Shown here piece after piece: positions 1 through 11,255 of a stretch of DNA of 60,455 nucleotides; the first letter of the stretch is position 1, and every line of letters starts with the position of its first letter. Below the pieces are notes generated by a model, which saw only the letters and a program-made list of their open reading frames with translations, had not been told where the DNA came from and made no database searches. The position numbers and the translations under genes are program-made. This DNA is from Bacteroidales bacterium (lineage in GTDB: Bacteria; Bacteroidota; Bacteroidia; Bacteroidales; UBA7960): contig PUOJ01000056.1 in assembly GCA_003552075.1 (NCBI GenBank), positions 1 to 60,455 of the forward strand, read 5' to 3'.

Positions 1-1823
1 CGCAGGTTGATCGCCGGCGTGCCGTGCCCCAATTCATGTATACCTCTACCATGCACGGCGATGAGACCGCCGGATTTATCTTGTCCCTGCGCCTCATCCA
101 TTACCTGCTGACGAATTATGGAGAGGATAAGGCCATCACCGAACTCATGGACAACGTGGAGATATGGATCTGTCCGAACGAAAACCCCGACGGCACCTAC
201 CGGTACGACAATTCAACGTTGGCTGGTGCTACCCGGGGAAACATCAATGGCGTAGACCTCAACCGCAACTACCCCAACCCCGTAAATGACCCATGGCATG
301 AAGAACAGCCCGAAACCACAGCCATGATCAATTTTGCCGATACCATGAATTTTATCATGTCAGCCAACATGCATGGCGGCATCGAACTGGTGAACTTTCC
401 TTTTGATAGCTGGATATCTGATGAAGATAATAATGGTAATCGACACGCTGACCACGACTGGTGGGATTTGGTGATGTACGAATACGTAGATACCGTGCAC
501 GCCCACAGCCCTCCCGGTTACATGACAGGCATGGGAGACGGGGTGACGCACGGCGGCGACTGGTATTTGATTTATGGCAGCCGCCAGGACTATTTTAATT
601 ATTACCTGAGCTGCCGAGAGTTCACCCTGGAGTTGAGTAATCAAAAGCTACTTAATCCGGAACTTTTACCGGCACATTGGGAATACAACTACAGATCCTT
701 GCTCAATTATATCCATCAATCCACCTATGGCATCCATGGAACGGTATATGACAACAGCACGGGTGAGCCACTGATCGCAGAAGTTTCGTTGCCTGGCCAC
801 GATTCCAACAACTCGGAAGTCCTGACGGCCTTGCCACATGGCAACTACAACAGGCCCCTGCTGCAAGGGAGTTACGATGTCAGTTACAGCGCAGATGGAT
901 TTGATCCGGTCAACCTGGCCGACGTGGAGGTGTTTAACTACGATACCCGGTTCATTCACATCGGCCTTGGGAATGAAGTGGCTGACGAACTGGTGGAGGT
1001 GCAGATTCAACGCGAAGGCGAAGGTGGCCTGGTCCTTCCCTATACGGGTACGGCATTCTTCAATGATGGTGCGCGCGTTTTCCTGAATGCAGAATCGGAG
1101 AGTGTCTGGCAGTTTGACCATTGGGTCATCAACGGCACGTCGTATGACGATGCGGAAATAACCCATGTATTGGATGGGGATGCAGAGATCACCGCCCACT
1201 TTGTTTCCACGGAAACCGCATTGATTCAATTAAGTCCTGATTCGATGGACTTTGGTGAGGTGCACGTGGGAGAAACCAGCGAAAAAACATTGACCGTATC
1301 CAATACGGGGAAACGGCCTTTAACCCTGGCAGGCTTGCAGCATGAACCCGGTGTATTCTCTTTCAGTGACGTGGATTTTCCGGTAACCGTTGATTCTGAT
1401 GACAGCCTGTCTTTCGTGGTGAGCTATTCGCCCGAATCGGATGGCGAGGATAGCGATGAGGCCATATTTTTCAGCGATGCCGACAATGATGCCGAAGCCG
1501 TGTTTTATTTGGAGGGCACTGGCGTCGACCCCACGCATATTGCAGACCATCAGGCAAGTGGACCGTCACTAGAGGTTCATCCAAACCCGATTGAATCCGG
1601 ATCAAGGATTTTTGTGCGTACCATTAAGGCAACAGCAGATGCAGAGATATTGGTCTATAATGTTCACGGGACGGTCGTAAAGGTCTTGCACAGGGGACGT
1701 ATCCCGGCAGGAGATTATTCTTTTGAGCTGAACGGTGGTTTTGACCTTTTGCCTGCAGGGATTTATCTTTTGGTCTTCAAGACACCCGAGGCGCAAGCCG
1801 TTGAGCGTGTTATGAAGTTTTAA
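1..1823 (+). CDS. M14-family zinc carboxypeptidase, 5' end cut by the window edge, with a C-terminal T9SS sorting domain
   Basis: The frame is open from base 3; the listed start at 24 is only the first GTG. It has the HGDE (HxxE zinc ligand) motif at the N-terminal edge plus GVDLNRNYP and ANMHGG motifs typical of M14 peptidases. The last 84 aa look like a Por/T9SS CTD. Confidence 0.8.
   Translation, partial: QVDRRRAVPQFMYTSTMHGDETAGFILSLRLIHYLLTNYGEDKAITELMDNVEIWICPNENPDGTYRYDNSTLAGATRGNINGVDLNRNYPNPVNDPWHEEQPETTAMINFADTMNFIMSANMHGGIELVNFPFDSWISDEDNNGNRHADHDWWDLVMYEYVDTVHAHSPPGYMTGMGDGVTHGGDWYLIYGSRQDYFNYYLSCREFTLELSNQKLLNPELLPAHWEYNYRSLLNYIHQSTYGIHGTVYDNSTGEPLIAEVSLPGHDSNNSEVLTALPHGNYNRPLLQGSYDVSYSADGFDPVNLADVEVFNYDTRFIHIGLGNEVADELVEVQIQREGEGGLVLPYTGTAFFNDGARVFLNAESESVWQFDHWVINGTSYDDAEITHVLDGDAEITAHFVSTETALIQLSPDSMDFGEVHVGETSEKTLTVSNTGKRPLTLAGLQHEPGVFSFSDVDFPVTVDSDDSLSFVVSYSPESDGEDSDEAIFFSDADNDAEAVFYLEGTGVDPTHIADHQASGPSLEVHPNPIESGSRIFVRTIKATADAEILVYNVHGTVVKVLHRGRIPAGDYSFELNGGFDLLPAGIYLLVFKTPEAQAVERVMKF
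1569..1820 (+). other. T9SS C-terminal sorting domain of the carboxypeptidase
   Basis: LEVHPNPIESG...ILVYNVHGTVV...LPAGIYLLVFKT is the beta-sandwich pattern usual for TIGR04183-type CTDs. Confidence 0.65.
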
Positions 1824-1868
1824 GACCACAGGAAGTGGTGAGGTGCTCCCGGGAGCGGCGTTTGGATA

Positions 1869-4502
<2,634 letters not shown>

Positions 4503-4868
4503 GTGTTATCTCATTTGATTAAATCGGTCAGATGAACCGAGCACTTTGCGAGCTCGGCGAAGCCAAACTCGCCATGGAATAATCATCCTCCTGTTCCTTA
4601 ATCCGTTGGCATGGCTTGGCTCATGTCATCGAAATCAATATTTGATTTACAAAAAAACCCGACAAAGTTATATACAATTGGTTAAAAAAAATTCAAAACT
4701 TGCATATTTTGTTGATAAAATTCTGCCACATGTACCATGTGCTTGCTCTGCCGCTTATTCAACTGAAGCTGTATCTGTTACCTTACTTGCACACATGCTA
4801 TGTTCCTGATAGCAAATGATTATCTTACCCTGGCCTGGCAAATTGATGGCTTTTTCATATATTTGTTA

Positions 4869-5744
4869 ATGTCTGGTCATCAGGAAAAGCACCTCAAGCC
4901 CATGGCAGACAATGGCAGGCATAAAGATAAGGAAGACAGGGGAAGTCAGCATGACGTGGTTTCTTCCTACCAGGCTTTTTCCCGCCTTGATACCAAAAAA
5001 AGAAGGGAACTTGCCCGAAACCTCGAAGATCCAAAACTGCTGGCTGAAATTATACACAAAGATCCTGAGCAAACAGTCCGGCTGGTTGCGGTGGAGAAGA
5101 TCACAGACGTCCAAGTGCTTAATGAAATTGCTGCAAGTGCCCCTTTTTATTATCTAAGACATGCTGCTGTCAGAAAAATCCGGGATCCTCGGGTGCTTGC
5201 AAATATTGTGATGCACAATCAGCATGATTATTATCTCTGCAAGGATGCCATATACCACATCACAGATCAGGATATGCTTGCCAGCTTGCTGGAGGCTTTG
5301 ACAGACAGGGACATGAAGACGGCGGTAGTCCGGCAGATTCAGGATCAGACTGTGCTGGCTGACATCGCCTGTTGTAACAGCGATTTTTACGTGCGATGCG
5401 ATGCATTGAAAAAGATCACTGACGAGCAGATCCTTATCCATATTGCCCGCAACGACAGCGATTATTATGTAAGGGCCATGGCTGTTCAGCAAATCCATGA
5501 CCAGGATATTATCAGGGAGATTGCCCTGCGTGATGCAGACCATTATGTGCGGGCACAGGCAGTATCGCGCATCTATGATGCCACCATCCTAAAAATCATC
5601 ATAAGCAAGGATCAGGATTTTGACGTTAGAAAGCGTGCACTTGCCAATATCAAAGATGCAAGCCTGTTGCGCGATCTGGAAAAAGAGCTCACAGACGCGT
5701 ATATCCTCAGAAAGATACGTGTCTCCCTTGACAATCTGGAATAA
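4869..5744 (+). CDS. alpha-solenoid repeat protein (HEAT/LRV-like, about 9 tandem 26-27-aa repeats)
   Basis: The repeating unit is D-x-x-[VIL]-L-x-x-I-[AI]-x-x-D-x-D-x-Y-V-R-x-x-A-V-x-x-I. The start is uncertain: the ORF opens at 4800, and I prefer Met at 4869 (MSGHQEK) or 4902. Confidence 0.6.
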   Translation: MSGHQEKHLKPMADNGRHKDKEDRGSQHDVVSSYQAFSRLDTKKRRELARNLEDPKLLAEIIHKDPEQTVRLVAVEKITDVQVLNEIAASAPFYYLRHAAVRKIRDPRVLANIVMHNQHDYYLCKDAIYHITDQDMLASLLEALTDRDMKTAVVRQIQDQTVLADIACCNSDFYVRCDALKKITDEQILIHIARNDSDYYVRAMAVQQIHDQDIIREIALRDADHYVRAQAVSRIYDATILKIIISKDQDFDVRKRALANIKDASLLRDLEKELTDAYILRKIRVSLDNLE

Positions 5745-5747
5745 GCC

Positions 5748-6728
5748 ATGCATTTTATCTTGCACCATTCTCACGAACCCCATTTTAACCTTGCACTTGA
5801 GGAATATCTGCTGCACCAACATACTGATGAGGTGGCCATGTTGTGGTGGTCATCACCTGCCGTGATCATCGGCAAACACCAGAATGCATTTGCCGAGGTT
5901 AACCTTCCGTTTTGCCGGCGCAACCAAATTCCGGTTATCAGGCGTTTATCCGGCGGAGGAACGGTGTTTCATGCACCTGGTAACCTAAACTTTACCTTCA
6001 TCCTGGAAGGGGAGCCCGGCGACATGGTCAATTTCCGCAAATATACCGCCCCTGTAATTGACTTTCTTAATGAAATCGGTGTGCCGGCCCGCTTTGAAGG
6101 GAAAAACGACATCCGTGCAGGTGGGCTTAAGATTTCGGGGAACGCTGAACATGTTTACAAAAAAAGGGTCCTTCATCATGGCACCCTCTTGTATAATGCT
6201 GACCTGGAAGTTCTGCGCGAAGCCATCAGGGTGGAGCCTGAAAGGTACCAGGACAGGAGCGTGCAATCCGTGCGCAGCGAGGTGGCAAACATAGCTGAAA
6301 TGCTTGATAAAGCTCCGTCTTTTGATGAGTTCAGGGAGATGCTTTATGAACACCTTACTTCTTATTTTGATCCGGTGGCTCCATATACTTTGACCGGAAA
6401 GGATGTGGATGCGGTAAAGCAACTGGTCAGCGATAAATATGAGCGACAGGAATGGAATTACACCTGGTCGCCGACAAAATACCGCTTTACCGGACAAGTC
6501 AGCTTGAACGGGCATCCAAGGAAGCTTGAACTTAATGTAAAAAACGGTACCATTGAGTCAGCAAGGTTCTCTGGCAGGGTGGTTGACCCTGTCTGGCGCA
6601 GGCTGGAGCAAATTTTGCCCGGCACGAAGCACCTGCCCGGTGAAGTTGCGCATGTGCTGAACACGCAGGGCCTCCTGCCCGCCCCGGATGAAGAAATACC
6701 CGATGAGCTGCTGCCCCTGTTTTTCTAA
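5748..6728 (+). CDS. lplA: lipoate--protein ligase
   Basis: 326 aa. N-terminal HEPHFNLALEEYLL, RRLSGGGTVFHAPGNLNF and GLKISGNA motifs of the LplA family. Confidence 0.85.
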   Translation: MHFILHHSHEPHFNLALEEYLLHQHTDEVAMLWWSSPAVIIGKHQNAFAEVNLPFCRRNQIPVIRRLSGGGTVFHAPGNLNFTFILEGEPGDMVNFRKYTAPVIDFLNEIGVPARFEGKNDIRAGGLKISGNAEHVYKKRVLHHGTLLYNADLEVLREAIRVEPERYQDRSVQSVRSEVANIAEMLDKAPSFDEFREMLYEHLTSYFDPVAPYTLTGKDVDAVKQLVSDKYERQEWNYTWSPTKYRFTGQVSLNGHPRKLELNVKNGTIESARFSGRVVDPVWRRLEQILPGTKHLPGEVAHVLNTQGLLPAPDEEIPDELLPLFF

Positions 6729-6784
6729 AACCCCGCCAAGGGTTCAACACGAATAGGAACCCCGCCAGGGGTTCAACATGAATA
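6729..6784. repeat. 29-bp tandem duplication, each copy carrying a short GC hairpin (AACCCC-GCCA-GGGGTT); probable bidirectional terminator between the convergent lplA and rnz
   Basis: Copy 1 is 6729-6755 and copy 2 is 6758-6784, differing at 2-3 positions. Copy 2 overlaps the last codons and stop of rnz. Confidence 0.6.
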
Positions 6785-7699
6785 ACGAATGGGAATTACA
6801 TCACCTTCTTCGGCCAGCAGGGTGTTCGGGAATACGGTTGCCGATTCTTTTCTGAATTCTTCCAGTTCTTTATACCTCGCGCTATAATGGCCAACAAGCA
6901 GTTTTTTGGCACCGGCCTTTTTTGCGAGCGTAGCGGCCTCTATGGTGGTGGAATGGGTCTTTTCCCTTGCAATCACCGCCTTGTCGTGCATGAATGTAGC
7001 CTCATGGTAGAGCAGGTCGACGCCCTCAATCTGCTTGAGAAAAGATTCAGTATACAAGGTGTCTGAGCAGAAGGCATATGCCCTTGGCTCGGGTGGGGCA
7101 AGGGTGATCTCCTTGTTGGGAATCTTTTGGCCTGAAGGGCTAATAAAGTCTTCACCGGACTTTATGGCTTGCATACAATCCTGGGGAATATTGAACTTTT
7201 GAATTGCCTTTTTCCGGATATTCCTTGGCCGGGCTTTTTCCCTGATCAAAAAACCAAAAGTGGGAATGCGATGCACCATCTCAATGCTTTCGATGGTCAA
7301 CCTGTCGTCTTCATAGAGCACTTCTTCTCCTTTGGTGAGATCATGATATTGGATATCAAATGACGGTTTAAGCTGTGACAATTCGTATTGCAGGTCGATG
7401 ATCTTTTGCATGCCTGGTGGGGCATAAATGTGCAGCGTGTTTTCACGCCCCAGCAAATGGTAAGTGAAGAGGAGGCCGGGAAGCCCCAGGTAATGATCGC
7501 CGTGCAGGTGGCTAATGAATATATGTGCTATTTTCATGAGCGGTAACTTAAACCGTCTCAATTGCATTTGTGTCCCTTCAGCACAATCCAGCAGGAAGCG
7601 CTTATTATGGTATTGTACTACTTGTGCGCTTGTATGGCGCAATGAGGTGGGGATGGCGGCACTTGATCCCAGGATGGTGGTATGAAATTGTTCGGCCAT
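6773..7699 (-). CDS. rnz: ribonuclease Z (MBL-fold tRNA 3' endonuclease)
   Basis: 308 aa. HLHGDHYLGLPGLL metallo-beta-lactamase motif; N-terminus ILGSSAAIPT typical of RNase Z. Confidence 0.85.
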   Translation of the reverse strand: MAEQFHTTILGSSAAIPTSLRHTSAQVVQYHNKRFLLDCAEGTQMQLRRFKLPLMKIAHIFISHLHGDHYLGLPGLLFTYHLLGRENTLHIYAPPGMQKIIDLQYELSQLKPSFDIQYHDLTKGEEVLYEDDRLTIESIEMVHRIPTFGFLIREKARPRNIRKKAIQKFNIPQDCMQAIKSGEDFISPSGQKIPNKEITLAPPEPRAYAFCSDTLYTESFLKQIEGVDLLYHEATFMHDKAVIAREKTHSTTIEAATLAKKAGAKKLLVGHYSARYKELEEFRKESATVFPNTLLAEEGDVIPIRYSC

Positions 7700-7701
7700 G
7701 C

Positions 7702-9024
7702 TTATTGGAAAAGGCGAAGCACATCATTGAGATTAACAAGTAAGATCAGTGTCAGAAGCAGCAGCATGCCTACCATTTGTGCGTACTCCATGAACTTTTC
7801 CGGTGGCTTTCGGCCTGCAATGATCTCATAAAGCAGAAATATGACGTGTCCGCCGTCCAGTGCCGGGATTGGAAGGATGTTCATTACAGCCAGGATGATG
7901 GAAAGAAAGGCTGTCATGGTCCAGAAATGCACCCAGTCCCAGCTTGGTGAGAAGATACCCCCGATGGTAATAAAGCCGCCGAGGCTGTCCCGGGCACTGA
8001 CTTCAGGCCTGAACAGCAACCCCAGGTCACGGAAGTAATCCCTTGTAGTGGTATATGCCTTGGACACACCTGCCGGAATGGAGTTTAGCAGGGAGTAATC
8101 CCTGGTCTCTGTAACAAAGAGCTCTCTGGGGTCTTTAACATAGGCTCCAACACGACCTTCTTCTGGTATCCTGACATCGAGGTTGAGCGTTTCGCCATTG
8201 CGTTGCACCGTAAGAGTGGTTTCCTTACCAGCATAGTCAACTACTTTTTTGGCAAACTGCTGAAAACTCCAGGTCTCTTCATCTCCAATGCCCTTGATGT
8301 GGTCGCCTTCCTTTACTCCGGCTTCTTTGGCTGGTGAGTCATCAAGAAATCCGGTCACGATAAACGGGAACCTGATATCAATGAAATCCTGCCCACGGGC
8401 GGCAATGATCTCTCCAAAAAAGGCTTCCGGCACGTCGATATGGAAAACACTATCGTTTCGCTTCACCTTCAATTCGGTGATCTCCCCTCGGAAAAACCCT
8501 TGCATCATGGATGACCAATCTTCCGGTTCCTGGCCGTTCAGGGCAAGGATATGATCACCGGAATGAAGGCCTAACTCCTGCCCAAGTTTTTGGGCCTCAA
8601 TTCCATATTCAAGATTTTTCACTGGCAGGTATTCTTCTCCGATGGAGAATAACATCATCACATAAATAAGGGCTGCCAGGATAATGTTAAAAAACACCCC
8701 GCCAACCATCACCAGCAATCGTTGCCAGGAAGGTCTGGAGCGAAACTCATAAGGCTTGGGTGGCTGTTTCATTTGATCTTTGTCCATCGACTCATCGATC
8801 ATGCCGGATATTTTCACGTAACCACCAAGGGGAAGCCACCCCATTCCGTACTCTGTATCCCCGCGTTTTATTTTAAACAGAGAAAACCACGGATTAAAAA
8901 ACAGATAAAACTTCTCTACCCTGATGCCAAATAGCCTGGCAAACAAATAGTGCCCAAACTCATGGACAATAACTAAAATGCTCAGAGCCAGAAAAAACTG
9001 TGCTGCCTGAATGACAATTTGCAT
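7702..9024 (-). CDS. rseP: RIP metalloprotease RseP (site-2 protease)
   Basis: 440 aa. HEFGH zinc motif in the first TM helix, PDZ-like central region, C-terminal NILPIPALDGGH motif. It sits directly downstream of dxr, the common arrangement. Confidence 0.88.
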   Translation of the reverse strand: MQIVIQAAQFFLALSILVIVHEFGHYLFARLFGIRVEKFYLFFNPWFSLFKIKRGDTEYGMGWLPLGGYVKISGMIDESMDKDQMKQPPKPYEFRSRPSWQRLLVMVGGVFFNIILAALIYVMMLFSIGEEYLPVKNLEYGIEAQKLGQELGLHSGDHILALNGQEPEDWSSMMQGFFRGEITELKVKRNDSVFHIDVPEAFFGEIIAARGQDFIDIRFPFIVTGFLDDSPAKEAGVKEGDHIKGIGDEETWSFQQFAKKVVDYAGKETTLTVQRNGETLNLDVRIPEEGRVGAYVKDPRELFVTETRDYSLLNSIPAGVSKAYTTTRDYFRDLGLLFRPEVSARDSLGGFITIGGIFSPSWDWVHFWTMTAFLSIILAVMNILPIPALDGGHVIFLLYEIIAGRKPPEKFMEYAQMVGMLLLLTLILLVNLNDVLRLFQ

Positions 9025-9113
9025 ATGATGACTTGTTTTGTTTCCTGTTTTACAAAAACTTCCTGGTTGGGCATGTTGCCTATTTCAGGATTTCATGATG
9101 ATAAACGGTATTC

Positions 9114-10286
9114 TTATGAAAATGTTTTGATTAGCGCCTTTGCTTTTTCCCGGATTTCGCTGTCGATTTCGAGCAAGTGATCAGGATCATCCGTGTCGCC
9201 CTCCGGAGCCTCTGACATACATTTGCTGATCACCTCCGGGATATCGTTAAATCTGATGATATTTTGCAGAAAAGCTTCAACGGCAACCTCATTGGACGCA
9301 TTCAGCACGCAGGGCATCAACCCATTCTTGTACATGGCTTCCACAGCAAGATCCAGACAAGGATAATCCATTTTATTCACCGGTTCAAAAACCATCTGAT
9401 GCATTTGCTCAACCCGAAGGCGTGGCAGATCTGAATGGCTCCGGGAAGGATAATCAAGCGCAAATGCAATAGGGTGTCGCATGTCGGGGACACCCAGTTG
9501 TGCTTTCATCGAGCCGTCATAAAACTGGACAATGGCATGCACAATGGATTGTGGGTGTATGATGACATCAATTTGCTCAGGTCTGAGCGAAAACATCCAC
9601 CTGGCTTCAATCATCTCCAATCCTTTATTCATCATGGTAGCCGAATCGATGCTGATTTTGTCACCCATGTCCCAGTTGGGATGCTGTAAGGCCTGTTCTT
9701 TGGTCACATCGGAGAGCTCATTGCGTTGCATGCCTCTGAAAGGCCCGCCACTGGCGGTGAGGAAAATTTTTTCCACGTGCAGGGTGTTTTCACCCATCAG
9801 GCATTGAAAGACCGCTGAATGCTCTGAATCTACAGGAATTACTGTGGCACGGTGTTTTTCGGTTAGCCTGGAGATGATGTGACCTGCCACCACGAGGCTT
9901 TCTTTGTTTGCGAGCAGGATCTTTCTGCCCTGGCTTATGGCGTTGAGTGTGGGTGTCAGCCCTGAGATACCTACCAATGCAGTAATAACTGTATCGACAG
10001 GCTCAAGGGTGCAGGCATCGTTGATGGCCTGGGTGCCCCCATGTACTTTTACAGGAAGCCCTTTCAATGCATCTTTTACAAATGTATAATGTGCTTCATT
10101 GCCAATGACCACAGCTTCTGGTTTATGCCTGATCGCTTGTTTTACAAGCAGCTGCGCATTGTTCATGGCAGTCAGCGTCACAATGCGATAACGGTCCTTT
10201 TGTTTGTCTATCACTTCAAGTGCCTGTTGACCAACTGAACCTGTAGATCCCAGTATGGCAATATTTTGGGTTTGTGCAATCGTCAT
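9114..10286 (-). CDS. dxr: 1-deoxy-D-xylulose 5-phosphate reductoisomerase
   Basis: ILGSTGSVG NADPH motif near the N-terminus, plus LANKESLV and HPNWDMG motifs. I prefer the ATG at 10286 (MTIAQTQN), which overlaps the upstream gene's stop as ATGA. Confidence 0.92.
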   Translation of the reverse strand: MTIAQTQNIAILGSTGSVGQQALEVIDKQKDRYRIVTLTAMNNAQLLVKQAIRHKPEAVVIGNEAHYTFVKDALKGLPVKVHGGTQAINDACTLEPVDTVITALVGISGLTPTLNAISQGRKILLANKESLVVAGHIISRLTEKHRATVIPVDSEHSAVFQCLMGENTLHVEKIFLTASGGPFRGMQRNELSDVTKEQALQHPNWDMGDKISIDSATMMNKGLEMIEARWMFSLRPEQIDVIIHPQSIVHAIVQFYDGSMKAQLGVPDMRHPIAFALDYPSRSHSDLPRLRVEQMHQMVFEPVNKMDYPCLDLAVEAMYKNGLMPCVLNASNEVAVEAFLQNIIRFNDIPEVISKCMSEAPEGDTDDPDHLLEIDSEIREKAKALIKTFS

Positions 10287-11167
10287 TGAAAGGAAATATA
10301 TTCTGCAGGATTGACCGGGACTCCATTGAACCATAACTCAAAGTGCAGGTGGGTCCCTGTGGAGTAAAGCCCGGTATCGCCAATGATAGCGATTGGATCA
10401 CCTGCTTCAACCATGCTTCCTTCTTCTTTAAGCAGTTTGCTGTTGTGCTTATAGATGGAAACGATATTGTTCTCATGCTGGACTCCTATGGTGTAACCTG
10501 TTTCCATTGTCCATCCCGAGAAAATCACTGTTCCGGAAAGTGTTGACTTAATGATTTCATCCTGATCGGAAACGATATCCACCCCGTAATGCCCCTCTGC
10601 CGGGTCAAAATGACTGCTAATCATGCCAATGGCTGGGGGGAAAAATGTAAAATACCCCACATCGGCAATGGCTGGCATTTCGGTATTTTCCCAGTAGCTA
10701 TTGTTAAATTGCTCTGTGAGTTCCATTTCTGCCCGCAGCAAAGAATCTTCGCGTGACCGGGGTCTTTCATCAATGCCAGTCACATCGGGGTCGGCTATGG
10801 TATCCGGTATTTCCTCAATGAGATCGCGCCCTTCGGCAATATTGCGGATGTTCATGATGTACAGGTCTTTTTGCCGGAGTTGCTTTTCCAATGTATCTGC
10901 CCTTAATGAAAGCTCCCGCAACACCATGCGCGTATTAAAATCTGCATAACCGGGAATGTACTCTTTCAGAGGCGTAAAGGCAATTAAATAGATGGTAGCC
11001 AACACTAAGAAAATGATCACAGTACCTGACAATATAAACACCCTGAACCGGGTGAGCCGGATATTTAATCGCTCCTCCATCGTATCGTCATTGAGGATCA
11101 CAATACGATACTTGTTATGTAGCTTTTTAAACAAGCCTTTTTCTGTTTCTTTTTCTCCCATATTCAA
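10283..11167 (-). CDS. M23-family peptidoglycan metalloendopeptidase with an N-terminal membrane anchor
   Basis: HYGVDIV and GDTGLYSTGTHLHFELW (HxH) LytM-type motifs, with one TM helix near the N-terminus. Confidence 0.82.
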   Translation of the reverse strand: MNMGEKETEKGLFKKLHNKYRIVILNDDTMEERLNIRLTRFRVFILSGTVIIFLVLATIYLIAFTPLKEYIPGYADFNTRMVLRELSLRADTLEKQLRQKDLYIMNIRNIAEGRDLIEEIPDTIADPDVTGIDERPRSREDSLLRAEMELTEQFNNSYWENTEMPAIADVGYFTFFPPAIGMISSHFDPAEGHYGVDIVSDQDEIIKSTLSGTVIFSGWTMETGYTIGVQHENNIVSIYKHNSKLLKEEGSMVEAGDPIAIIGDTGLYSTGTHLHFELWFNGVPVNPAEYISFQ

Positions 11168-11255
11168 TAATGGTTGAATAAGCGATTAAAAATATATGCA
11201 AAAGTAATCATTTCTGACTGCACTAATGAATTTTTAAAGGCTTGATTGCCGTATA

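Noticed and set aside
360-1829. Several 60-190-aa ORFs on the minus strand and in alternative frames inside the carboxypeptidase gene. Similar nested ORFs occur inside valS, thrS, atpA, the S8 peptidase and others.
   Set aside because: All are fully nested in or antisense to strongly supported genes and lack any family resemblance. I did not report them as features.
1845-1856. The perfect 12-nt palindrome GCTCCCGGGAGC between the convergent carboxypeptidase and valS genes.
   Set aside because: It is too short, and without a loop or U-tract I cannot call it a terminator confidently. It contains a SmaI/XmaI-type site and may be a chance occurrence.
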